DNA from: Mytilus californianus
Lineage: Eukaryota
NCBI RefSeq assembly: GCF_021869535.1
Contig: NW_026262709.1
Coordinates: forward strand, 248,001-312,000
DNA length: 64,000 bases
Reading direction: 5' to 3'
Both the position numbers and the translations under genes were made by a program. The notes beneath the pieces are model-generated. The model worked only from the letters and a program-made list of their open reading frames with translations. It was not told where the DNA came from and made no database searches. Positions 1 through 11,362 of the stretch are shown piece by piece (within the stretch, counting starts at the first letter, position 1; every line of letters begins with the position of its first letter).

Positions 1-425
1 TTGATTGATTGATTGTTGGTTGCTTAACGTCCAGTGGCAAATATTTCATGCATATTCAGGACGAGAACAAATTAACAATAAATACAATAGGTAGGTTCTG
101 TAATAGGGGCGTCCGGGATTTAGGTCGGAGAAATTTAGACTGCCACGGGGAATGAGGGTATATTGGATAGGGACAGAAATTTTGCCTTGCAACAGGTCAC
201 CTACGGACCCCTCAAAGAGTTGTTACAAGGGTTCTTAACGTGCAAAGAGCGTGGCACTCTCTTTACACGAGGCATCGGATTTAACGTCCCCATTCTGACC
301 GGACGTGGCTGCAAATTTGTACATCCCGCACAGCCAAACGGACGCCCCACTTTAGCAAGGGTTTTACTGCCGGTCGGAGGAAGACCAATGGTGACCATAC
401 TTCTATACCCCAGTCACCCTTGGGG
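1..425 (-). mobile_element. ~420-bp SINE-like element (family S1), copy 1, full length
   Basis: Minus-strand sense starts CCCCAAGGGTGACTGGGG and ends ...GGACGTTAAGCAACCAAC(AATC)n; near-identical to nine other copies in 1-16.5 kb. Confidence 0.85.
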
Positions 426-1643
426 TATACTAGATGCAGAAGATAAACTAGTTTTATTAGATGCAGATGAAGGAGGACTATTGGAGATGGAAGAATCATC
501 AATGTCACTGGGAAGATCCCAGACAGATTCACCGCCCCAACTGTCTGATTTAACTGTATCTTTTTTATTTGATTTCTTTTTTTCATTTTTTTTAGATGAT
601 GACATTGAGCTCTGTAAGGAAGATTGAGTTGACTGAGTACTGGTTTTAGAAGGTGTTGGTTTTCTTGGAATTAATATTTTATCGTTAGGTTCTGTTTCAA
701 CAGGCAGCATTGTAAATGTCTCAGCATCAATTGGCCAGGTCATGCGAGTTTGTGTATGCTCGTGACTGAATGAGCGGACAACTTTGCTGGCGTACGATGG
801 TCTGTTCGAAACAAGGAGATCATTCGAAACAGAAGCTATCTGTTTAGCTTTTGGGTAACTGATGTTTCTTTCTGTTTTAATTTTGATAATATTTTTTTCT
901 TTAAGGTAAACAGGGCAGTCCCTAGATGATGAAAAATGGGATTCACCACAGTTTACGCATTTAGAAGATTCAGAGCTACAGGTTGTTCCCTCGTGTCCTT
1001 CGTCAGAACACTTGAAGCATCTCTGCGTACCACGACATTGTTTGCTTCCATGACCAAACTTTTGACAAGTGAAGCATCGAATTGGGTTAGGGATAAACCT
1101 GTCAACTCTGATTCCTAAGCAACCTAAAGTAATAGATGGAGGAGGAGTTGGAGTTCTAAATGTCAAAAGATATGTATTTAATTTGATTATATTTCCATTC
1201 TTTTTTATTTGAAATCTAACAACATCAGTTACACCTTGGCTTGAAAGTTCCTCACAGATTTCTTCCACGGTAAGGTCACCAAGGTATTGACTTCTGTCTC
1301 GAATGATCCCCTTACAGCTGTTCAAACTGTTGTGAGGAGAGGCAGAAACAGGAAAGTTTGTAATTGTTGTCAGTGTAAGCAAATTTGTTGATTGACTTTT
1401 GTTGGAACATTCAACCAACAAATTGCCTGATCTCATTTTTGAAACTTTTTTTACAGTACCAGCAACGCTTTGAATTTGTTTGTGAATCACAAAGGGAGAT
1501 ATTTTGGAAATTGGTTTTTCATCTGTTCCTTTTATTACAATAAATCTGGGCCAACTGTCATCTTCCTGACAGGGCACTGAATCATCACATTTTCTTTTTT
1601 TATGTATTAAAGCTGATTTAGAGGGTTGGTTTTGTTGTGCCAT
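414..1643 (-). CDS. Non-LTR retrotransposon ORF1 (gag-like, three CCHC zinc knuckles; I/Nimb-like group)
   Basis: Knuckles CFTCQKFGHGSKQC, CFKCSDEGHEGTTC and CVNCGESHFSSSRDC; WPRFIVI...ISPFVIHKQI...RSGNLLVEC N-terminal region typical of I-group ORF1; likely ATG at 1643 (MAQQNQ...). The ORF runs into S1 copy 1 and stops there. Confidence 0.85.
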   Translation of the reverse strand: MAQQNQPSKSALIHKKRKCDDSVPCQEDDSWPRFIVIKGTDEKPISKISPFVIHKQIQSVAGTVKKVSKMRSGNLLVECSNKSQSTNLLTLTTITNFPVSASPHNSLNSCKGIIRDRSQYLGDLTVEEICEELSSQGVTDVVRFQIKKNGNIIKLNTYLLTFRTPTPPPSITLGCLGIRVDRFIPNPIRCFTCQKFGHGSKQCRGTQRCFKCSDEGHEGTTCSSESSKCVNCGESHFSSSRDCPVYLKEKNIIKIKTERNISYPKAKQIASVSNDLLVSNRPSYASKVVRSFSHEHTQTRMTWPIDAETFTMLPVETEPNDKILIPRKPTPSKTSTQSTQSSLQSSMSSSKKNEKKKSNKKDTVKSDSWGGESVWDLPSDIDDSSISNSPPSSASNKTSLSSASSIPQG

Positions 1644-2403
1644 AGGAAATGAGAAAGATTCACCATTCTTGTCATCCACCCACCTCGGAGTGCCTACAAG
1701 GGCGATGCTGTGTTTCCGTGGCGAGCCGGGGTCAAGTGCTAATGCTGAAAACGAGCTCCAAGTATAACATGTATAACGTAGCTGGTCCCCAAAATTAGCA
1801 CCCAAGATCCACTGCGGAAAGCACCAGATGTTCCAAGAATGGTATACTCAAGCAGAGCGTATCCATCAAGCGAAATAGAAAGCGTACCACTTGATTGACC
1901 CATGAGCCATCGCCTTCTTCAGTTATCCGAAATATAAATAGCTTTATTTAAAACACTTGTGTATATCATGAAAATTGTTACAAGAAAGCTTATTGTTGAG
2001 GAGTAACTGAAGGGCTCGACATGACCAGCCGATTGATCGAACCGGGTCCATCCGACCTCCCGTTTAGATGATATTGGAGCCAAAGCAGCTTATTGAACTA
2101 TAGTCTTGTCCGTCCGGGTATTTTCTGACCGTAAGGAGTCTGGCTACAGCCCTCATCCGCAAGGATCTCGTCAACCACCGACACGGGTAGCAACCCACGG
2201 CCAATGGGTTGGAGAGCCTATTTTATTCAAAACATCGGGCAACTCGTACGATGTTCGGATCACTTTAGTCTGGTCTCTACCCTTCGACCTGTCCAGCATG
2301 GGTAACCCTACCAGGAGACGAAGCTCCAACTGGCATAGCTCTTGGGGTCACTGAGACACGCAAGCCCCCCGACCACGGCAAGGATAGCGATCCACCGGGG
2401 GGG
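426..2403 (-). mobile_element. 5' portion (5'UTR + ORF1) of an I/Nimb-like LINE
   Basis: GC-richer ~760-nt 5'UTR beginning at a C7 run (2403), followed by intact ORF1; ORF2 is not in the window. Confidence 0.8.
2256..2403 (-). ncRNA. Putative HDV-like self-cleaving ribozyme at the LINE 5' end
   Basis: Manual fold of the minus strand: P1 CCCC(C)GG/UCGGGG(G); P2 GGAUCG (2393-2388)/UGAUCC (2262-2257); P3 CUA/UGG; L3 UCCUUGCCG; GG for P1.1; J4/2 CUAAAG with candidate catalytic C at 2268; ~95-nt P4 insert. Confidence 0.7.
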
Positions 2404-2823
2404 AGTAATAAGGAAGAACCAGAGGATGCCCCAGAGTATGCAATTCAAATTGACTAGGTCCATGTTCTGCTTCTTAACTTGGTTATCATTGGAACTGTGA
2501 CTACGTTACTGAAAAATTATTTTATGAGTTTTGTTACCATTAAGTACAAAATACAATTTAGACAACAAATGTTTCAATTGTTTGCTTTACTCTGTCCTAT
2601 CTTTCAAGGTCTGTTTAAGGCCTTGACCGAACATACTAGCACTCGAGCATGGTAAGTCCATAAATAGAGGACTTATATATTTAATTCCTCCTTAACCAGT
2701 GCAGCTATTACACGTACTAAATGACGAAAAGCACCACTACGCGATACCTGATCAAGACATTTGTTAGGCATTGCAAAAATATCCCTCACTTGTTGAGTTC
2801 ACCTATCAATGTTTACATTATAA

Positions 2824-3251
2824 GATTGATTGATTGATTGTTGGATGCTTAACGTCCAGTGGCAAATATTTCATGCATATTCAGGACGAGAACAAATTAA
2901 CAATAAATACAATAGGTAGGTTCTGTAATTGGGGCGTCCGGGATTAAGGTCGGAGAAATTTAGACTGCCACTGGAAATGAGGGTATATTGGATAGGGACA
3001 GAAATTTAGCCTTGCAACAGGTCACCTACGGACCCCTCAAAGAGTTGTTGCAAGTGTTCTTAACGTGCAAAGAGCGTGGCACTCTCTTTACACGAGGCAT
3101 CGGATTTAACGTCCCCATTCTGACCGGACGTGGCTGCAAATTTGTACATCCCGCACAGCCAAACGGACGCCCCACTTTAGCAAGGGTTTTACTGCCGGTC
3201 GGAGGAAGACCAATGGTGACCATACTTCTATTCCCCACTCACCCTTGGGGG
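2824..3251 (-). mobile_element. S1 SINE-like copy 2
   Basis: Full length; 12-bp TSD TACATTATAAGA at 2814-2825 and 3253-3264. Confidence 0.9.
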
Positions 3252-3938
3252 CTACATTATAAGAACCTAAAGCTTAATGCACAGACGATGCGGACACAAA
3301 TTATCATCATTGATATGCACGTTTATCTATTTCCATGATAAAAGGTTATGTGAATTTCTTGTCACTGAAAGACAAAGCTTTAGTTCCGTGCTTTCTATCA
3401 AGCAAAGTAGACACCATATTATCTCAAGTTGATACCTTAAGATGTTCGACAGATTTGTCTTGAATGAGAAAACATATTTTATAGTCATCCTTGTAAGCAG
3501 TCATTTTACCTGTACTCTTTATATTGTACTCTGCAAATAATGATATTCAGATACTCCCATTCTTTACAACATTGGAAATACTGCGATTAAAGCTGCTATA
3601 AACATTCGAAGAGACTTTGAATTGAATATTAATATACATTAGATCCATGAAATATTTGAAGGAATACCATCAAGTGTCAACTCTGCTAAATATGAAATAG
3701 TGCTTCTTAATAAACTTTCAACATATAATATCTGTATAAGGAAATCCCGATGAAGAAATACAAGATGAGACAATGGTTGGTGCCGTGTCAGTCATTAAGT
3801 TCATCTTGCATTGTTGCAGAAAGAGATGGGATTTTTTTGTGCATCTATAGGACCGTTTACATACCATTCAACGATACGCTTATCATCTTGTTTCCTTGTA
3901 TCACATAACTGTTTTAAGGCATGTTCACAGTACAGTCT

Positions 3939-4366
3939 TTGATTGATTGATTGATTGTTGGTTGCTTAACGTCCAGTGGCAAATATTTCATGCATATTCA
4001 GGACGAGAACAAATTAACAATAAATACAATAGGTAGGTTCTGTAATAGAGGCGTCCGGGATTAAGGTGGGAGAAATTTGGAATGCCACGGGAAATAAGGG
4101 TATATTGGATAGGGACAGAAATTTAGCCTTGCAAAAGGTCACCTACGGACCCCTCAAAGAGTTGTTGCAAGTGTTCTTAACGTACAAAGAGCGTGGCACT
4201 CTCTTTACACGAGGCATCGGGTTTAACGTCCCTATTCTGACCGGACGTGGCTGCAAATTTGTACATCCCGCACAGCCAAACGGACGCCCACTTTGGCACG
4301 GGTTTTACTGCCGGTCGGAGGAGGACCAATGGTGACCTTACTTCTATTCTCCAGTCACCCTTGGGG
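3939..4366 (-). mobile_element. S1 SINE-like copy 3
   Basis: Full length; degraded TSD (CAGTACAGTCTTT / CAGAAAGTCTTT). Confidence 0.85.
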
Positions 4367-5837
4367 TGCAGAAAGTCTTTGAAGTTGCGAAACCAACGTC
4401 TTGACCAATAGACAGAAAATTGACAAAACCAAGGTACAAATTTGATGCAACAAAAGACAACCAGTAGTATATAGACATGTGCTTACAATTAATTTCTGCA
4501 ATTTTTCATTAAAATCTTTACGATAATCGTTTAGCTTACGGGGCAGTCCCAGACCCTCCTCCTTACAATTTGTTTTCCAATGGATATGCTACTGGGCTAA
4601 TGGCTTTTTAAAGCACGAAAACATACAAGAGACTCAGAAGTACCGATCTAAGAGTAGTTGCAGTTATTAGAAGCTATGTAAAGTGAAAACGATTACATGA
4701 CTGATTTATTAGTAATAGTACGGTAAATATTTTCCACTTATAAATTTCTACATTTACAATTTTTGAATGTAGTTCGTGTACTTTTAAATTTTTTCATTTC
4801 TATATATCTTATGGAGGAGGAAACGGTCGAAGGGTCAGATGACTCTGAAAAAGGAGTTGACGTAACATATTTGTTTATGCCATCAATAGAAAAGATGAGT
4901 TGAAACGTCACAAAGAAAGTGTTTAAAAAACGTATTTTTTTTCATATCATTTTACAATGTTAATGTTAAAGTATTACATTAACATACAGAAAGCCATAGA
5001 GTGCGTTGTACTTTAATGTAAATAAATCAAAAAAATATTTTGGTAAACAGTTCATTGTGTACAATGTACAAATTTTACTACAACTCTCAGATGATTTTCG
5101 ACTGTTCGATGATTGAGATGTCTGCTTTACCGTATGATAATCATCTGCAATCAATCAAGAGGATGATTAAGAATGCAATAAAAAAGACTTACTGAAAAAG
5201 ATCTAGCAGGTGTTTGCACGTTAAGTACAATCCGACCTTCACAAATAGGTACATCTATACTTAACCTAGAATCAATTGCTTCCAGTTAAAAAATTAATCA
5301 TATGCATTAATCAAGGAACAGAGAAATAGAAGACTTTTATTTGACATTTAACACCCTGACAGAGCAAAGATTTATCCACAAAGCCATGCAATTCCAAACT
5401 TGTAAATATTACATTTGTGCCAAACATTTGTCATATGTCAAGGAAGCTGATTGAAAAGGGCGAAATTTACAAAAAGTGTGTTTCACTCCCTGTTGATGAT
5501 GGAAGCATCGTCGTTCTGAGGTTGCATGGACATTGGTAGCAGTACATGTCTACTCTTTTATGGTCAAACATCCATGATAAGTTTGCGTGACGAGCTTACA
5601 AGTAGTTTTGCAGTGCATGTTATCAAGTTTTTACTTACCCTTAAATATTTGGGTCAAGTTGTTCATTAGTGTTGTCAATGTTAACAAAATAAGTAACTGT
5701 TGTACTTTAAATTTGTCAAATGGGGAATTTAGAGGAAGTTCAAGAATTGGCTGAGATGGCATATTGTTTAATCAAACTTGCTTGACAACCACATTTGACT
5801 CTCAGTAACTCTACTTCTAAGCCATAACAAAGATTTA

Positions 5838-6229
5838 TTGATTGATTGATTGTTGGTTGGTTGCTTAACGTCCAGTGGCAAATAGTTCATGCATATTCAG
5901 GACGAGAACAAGTTCACAATAAATACAAAAGGTAGGTTCTGTAATAGATTAAGGGATTGAGGTCGGCGAATTTTAGACTGCCACGGGAAATGAGGGTATA
6001 TTGAAATTCAGCCATGCAACAGGTCACCTACGGACCCCTCAAAGAGTTGTTGCAAGGGCACTCCCTTGACACGAGGCATCGGATTTAACGTCCCCATTCT
6101 GACCGGACGTGGCTGCAAATTTGTACATCCCGCACAGCCAAACGGACGCCCCACTTCGGCACGGGTTTTACTGCCGGTCGGAGAGAGACCAATGGTGACC
6201 ATATTTCTATTCCCCAGTCACCCTTGGGG
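5838..6229 (-). mobile_element. S1 SINE-like copy 4
   Basis: Both ends present with small internal deletions; 12-bp TSD CCATAACAAAGA at 5822-5833 and 6231-6242. Confidence 0.9.
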
Positions 6230-6880
6230 CCCATAACAAAGAGGGTCAAAAAGAGGTGGAATATGTTGTACCATACAGATGGGTGCGAAATTGTGTGTTA
6301 ATTGTACAAGCAGAAACACATTGATTAAGCAAAACCAGCTAATGGCTGGAGAAGTTTTGAGCTGGTTTAAGTTAAATATAAATCTGGTATGTATTACGCC
6401 TAAATAAATATAATAGTACATTACAACACGTGGATAAAAAACGGACATCTTCTCAGTGACGTATGTATAATCTTGAAATCAATACAATTATATGGGCGTA
6501 TATTCAAATATGTATGCATCCAAACACCAATTGAATGGTATACGAAACTTAACCTTGGAACAATAATAACTTATGCTAATTTAATTGTAATTGGATTGTG
6601 GTAAATATTTCATTATTATAATTATAATTTTCGACCTTCATTTTCATGTACATAGCGCTACAGTTCCAGGATATTCGTACGACATAGCAGTCTTTCCAGT
6701 AATCGGAAGAAGATAATACCAAGTGGAGAGTAGATGATCACAACACTGAAACTTTCACTCCTTTACTCCAAATTATGCATAATAAACTAATATAAAATAA
6801 CTTTGTCGTTGGTAGTACGACAATAACGTAACAGTGTGATTTTGGTCAAACATCTTGGAATTTGATGCGACTGTCATACA

Positions 6881-7212
6881 TTGATTGATTGATTGTTGGT
6901 TGCTTAACGTCCAGTGGCAAATATTTCATGCATATTCAGGACGAGAACAAATTGACAATAAATACAATAGGTAGGTTCTGTAATAGGGGCTTCCGGGATT
7001 AAGGTCGGAGAAATTAGACTGCCACAGGAAATGAGGGTATATTGGATAGGGACAGAAATTTAGCCTTGCAACAGGTCACCTACGGACAGCTCAAAGAGTT
7101 GTTGCAAGGGTTCTTAACGTGCAAAGAGCGTGGCACTCTCTTTACACGAGGCATCGGATTTAACGTCCCCATTCTGACTAGACGTGACTGCGAATTTGTA
7201 CATTCCGCACAG
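6881..7212 (-). mobile_element. S1 SINE-like copy 5 (head missing)
   Basis: Tail and core present; similarity stops at ~7212 where LINE ORF1-like sequence begins. Confidence 0.8.
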
Positions 7213-10157
7213 TCAGACCTCTCAATTTTACTTTCTAAAGAAACAATACAACCATCAAAATGAAACTACCTAAGTGTTCATTCGACGAAGAAGCGTATAA
7301 GAAATTAAGTTACCTCCCCTGGATAATGTTTCGAAAAAACAAAGACATTCCTTACGAAGAAATCAAAACAAACCAATACAGAAATGCTGCTAAAATGTAC
7401 AGTTTCAAAACAGATGGAAACCGTCTCCTGATATGGATCAAAGCTTTGATGCTCCGATATTAGAAACAACTCGGAAGTGACCCAAATTATTTAATAAACT
7501 GGACCGATAAACGACCATCAGACACTCGTGACGAAATACAAATAGATGTTGATGCACTAATTAAAGGGAGTAAAGAAGTAGATCACAGAATATACACATT
7601 AACAATTAATTTAAGCACAGGAACAATTACAGTGCAAGGAACACATTACAAATATTTTGGCACAAATGAATTTCCAGTCTTGAAACAATTTGTAAATAAA
7701 AGTTCAAAACTTAGTAGTGAAAACAAAAACGAGGCATCAAACAACATGACCCACCCCAACACAGAAGAAAATAAAGACGAACAGGCACTTGATAATAGTC
7801 AGACTACTCTCAAAGAATTGAAACAAACTGACGATATAAACGTCCAAGAACAGACAATATCTGACGTAACTATTATGAACTTAGTTTCACAAACAGATTC
7901 TCTTTCTGACACTTTTCACACACCAGCAATATCCAAAGAAAATATCCTGGAGCTCGACAATGCTGAATTACATCGTTGCCTAGCTGAAAGCACCCCAAAA
8001 ATGAAAACTAAAAAGAATCCAGATATGGAAATTAAAAAACTATGGGAAAAATTTGATAACCAAGAAAAATTCAACAACAAAATCATTAAATTGACCTCTG
8101 CGCTTCAAAAACAATTTTGTGAAATCACAGTATTGCAATCAAAAACTAACCAACCCATTTTGAAAGAAAACACTGAAGCATTAGAACATTTCAATACAGA
8201 GAAAAACAATATTATATCAGAACTAAAAACCTGCCTCTCTGAGAAAAACAAAATTATTGCAAATCTTCAGGAACAATTAAGAATTCAGGAACAAACTATT
8301 TTAGGCATGAAAGTTGAACAAAGCACTCTTACTACTCAGTTTCAAGAAGAACAAGCTGTCTCAGAGACCAGAAAAGAAACTATAAATAAACTAGAACTTG
8401 AATTAAATCAAGTGACCACCACAATTGCTAAAAGCAAAACAATCAAACCAACACCTGAGAAGGATAAATTACAATCAGTTGTAAGTGATCGTGTGAAAGT
8501 CAATGAGTCAACACACAACAGATTTAGTGCATTAGAAGATCAAAATACAGAAGAAACCAGAAACATAGTTAACCATAAATCACTAGATGCATTAATTATA
8601 ACCGACTCTCATGGAAAAGATCTTGACCCGTCTAAACTTTATAGGTACAGAAAAGTAAATGTACATGTTCTCCCAAGAGGTAAAAAGACTATTCAAGGTG
8701 CCATTGAATATATTGAACAAACTGATATTCAAGCCAAAAATATTCTTGTCATGGTTGGTAGCAACGATCTTTCACAGAATAGATCACCAGATACCACAGC
8801 AGAACACCTCAGTACTCTCAAGAATCTAGTCAACAACAGATTTCCAAATACTAACATTCATGTTTTTCCTCTATTTCATCGTCTCAATGAAGAACAATTT
8901 AACCAAGATGTAGATACAGTGAACACGAGGCTGGAACGCCTAGTCTCCAATTCTCTATCCCTAGTCCGAAACGACAACATCAATGTTAAAAACCACCGTT
9001 ACTATCACACCGATGGAGTACACCTATCGACAGTGGCAATTTCGAACTTGTACGTGCAATAAAATCCCACATGAATCCAGTTCTTGGACTAAAAGACTAC
9101 CATAACTACAATCAATCTGAAAATATTCATCAATTAACAAAAAACTATTTGATACTCTAATAAGACCCATAAGTACTTATGGATCTGAAATATGGATTAG
9201 TGACTACAATATAAAAGACTCAAATATTGATAAATTACCTTTTGAAAAAATTCTTAATAAATTCTGTAAAAATATTTTAGGAGTTCACAAGAGAAGTTCA
9301 AATATGGCAGTGAACTGTGAATTAGGAAGACAACCTACTTTGAATCATATACTAATCCTAGCCCTTAAATATTATGATCGACTTAAACAGCTTCCATCTG
9401 ACAGACTGCTTAGTGAAATATATAAACTAGATCATTCATTATATACTGATGGACACAGATCTTGGCACAAATTTATCTCGAACTCTATTGAAAAATATAA
9501 TTATATAACAGACAATAATATTAATTTAAAGAACTTAAAGGAAAATATTAATAACCAACATTCTAATAACACTTTGCATAATCTAAAAAAATTACGTTCT
9601 ATTGAACAAGACAATAAATTACATTTCTATGCCAATATTTATTCAGAATAATTTAAATTGCAAAATTATCTATCGTATAAATGTTCTAATATAACAAGAA
9701 ATCTTACAAAATTAAGAATTAGTTCCCACCCTCTTTTGATTGAAAAGGGTAGATATTTCAGACCAAAAATTAAGAGAGAAAACAGAATATGCTTGAACTG
9801 CAATCAAATAGAGGATGAAAAACATTTCCTTATTTATTGCAAAAAATTTGAAAATTATAGAAAACAACTATTTAATAAACTAAATATTAATTCACAAGAT
9901 CTGTGCCCTGAAAAAGTTATGAAAACCATTATTAGTTTACTTAACCCACAAAATATTGATGATACAAAAAATATATGCCATTACATACAATTATGCTTTG
10001 AATCTTTGTAATTTTATTCATTTAACCTTGATTTGATATTTTGTCATACATAATATATATTTATCTATCTGATGTAATATCATGTTAATGTGGGGGAAGA
10101 CATCATTATACTTTGTATTGATTTTCCTGATTTAATAAAACTTGAAACTTGAAACTT
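7213..10157 (+). mobile_element. Internally deleted non-LTR retrotransposon (CR1/L2/RTE-X-type, esterase ORF1), lacking EN and RT
   Basis: ORF1 with coiled coil and SGNH motifs joined at ~9140 to an ORF2 C-terminal remnant (FDTLIRPISTYGSEIW...ELGRQP...KLRISSHPLLIEKGRY...CLNCNQIEDEKHFLIYC); AATAAA and (AAACTTG)n tail at 10134-10157. Confidence 0.8.
7632..9062 (+). pseudogene. LINE ORF1 with coiled coil and SGNH/GDSL esterase domain (frameshifted at both ends)
   Basis: Motifs ITDSHGK, VGSNDL and TDGVHLS; upstream fragment at 7260-7463; frameshift near 9045. Confidence 0.75.
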
Positions 10158-10693
10158 ACCAACGTCAAACTTGTTTTCTTTCACCTGTGCGATGTTTAGA
10201 CACGCTTTCTACTATATGTCGTACATACTCTAAATTCGAACGTGTTGCTTTAGTCGGAAACTCTTTTTCCACATGATAGCTAAGGAAGTTTATATGCCAG
10301 AATGTATACCTTCGACGGAAAGATTCAGATAGTACCGAGTCGGAAGTGTCGATAACATAGTAAAATGCCTGACACTTTTCGGCACCCTTCCTCGCAACGG
10401 AGAAATGCTTTAAACACGAATCCAAATAACATCGATGCTTCAAGCCTTGAATTGAAATATTTTGATATGAATCTCTAGGACAGAAAATAATATGAGATTC
10501 AGATTTGTGTCATATATATTTTGCATTGGTTTCAACTTCAAGATTCAGAGATGCCCACATTTTGGTGATGTGATGGAAATCAACTAACTACTGTGTCCCG
10601 GAGTATTGCATTGGTTAAACATTAACCTTTGATAAATTTATATAAATGTGAAGACAAAAAGGAAAAGCACCTTGCGAAATAATTAATTTTACT

Positions 10694-10860
10694 TTCAGAT
10701 ATATTGATGATGTCCTATCACAGAATAACCCATATTTCAGTCAGTACTTGCATTCATATATCCCAGTGAACTTGAGGATACTAGTGATACTTAGAAGGAC
10801 TGCTTCATACCTTTTCCTCAATATTGACACAGGTTGACTTCTCACTAAAATCTTTGACAA
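10694..10860 (+). pseudogene. Penelope-like reverse transcriptase fragment
   Basis: Translates FRYIDDVLSQNNPYFSQYLH, then frameshifted YPSELE/SASYL/NIDT-like sequence. Confidence 0.6.
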
Positions 10861-11260
10861 ATAAAACAGTTGTATACCGCTGTTCGAAAGTCATAAATCG
10901 ATTAAGAGAAAACAAATCCGGGTTACAAACTAAAACCGAGGGAAACACATCAACTATAAGTGGAAAACAACGAAACAACAGAAACACTGAAGTGCAACAA
11001 AAAACAAAAGACAATGCAACACACACAGAAACGAACTATAAGATAACAACTGCCATTTTCCTGACTTGGTACAGGACATTTTAAGAAAAAATGGTGGGTT
11101 GGACCTGGTTTTGTGGCTAGCCAAACCTCGCGCTTTTATGGCAATGTTAAATATAACACTAAAATGACAACATTACAAGACAGGACTACAGTACAAATGA
11201 ATGCAAGAACAATCAGGACAGAGAAATACACAAATAACCAATACAATGGTACATGCTAAT
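10860..11260 (+). repeat. Interspersed non-coding repeat family B (MITE/HINE-like)
   Basis: Same ~400-bp sequence (AGTATACCGCTGTTC...GGTTTTGTGGCTAGCCAAACCTC...) recurs at 44376-44765 and 51315-51700. Confidence 0.75.
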
Positions 11261-11362
11261 AGTTATTATTTTAGTCAAAAGCAACCTTATGTACAAAATT
11301 TTTTTGGTTTGAAAGCTTCAGGAATATGTCCTTTTTCGTATGTGTTATCTTAACCTGTGGGC

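Noticed and set aside
340-425. S1 head as a canonical HDV ribozyme or a tRNA
   Set aside because: The GTC-TTCCTCC-GAC hairpin resembles P3/L3 or a T-arm, but there is no 6-7 bp P1 partner, the conserved L3 G is absent and there is no GGTTCGA B box. It is kept only as an unclassified structured head.
163-627. Repeated ORFs MDRDRNLALQQ... and MVTIGLPPTG... in every S1 copy
   Set aside because: They recur only because the repeat is young. The longer one starts at TTG, is antisense and has variable ends; copies carry frameshifting indels; no recognisable domain.
414-1805. 463-aa ORF start at 1805
   Set aside because: The upstream start is non-ATG and lies in the 5'UTR; ATG at 1643 is more plausible.
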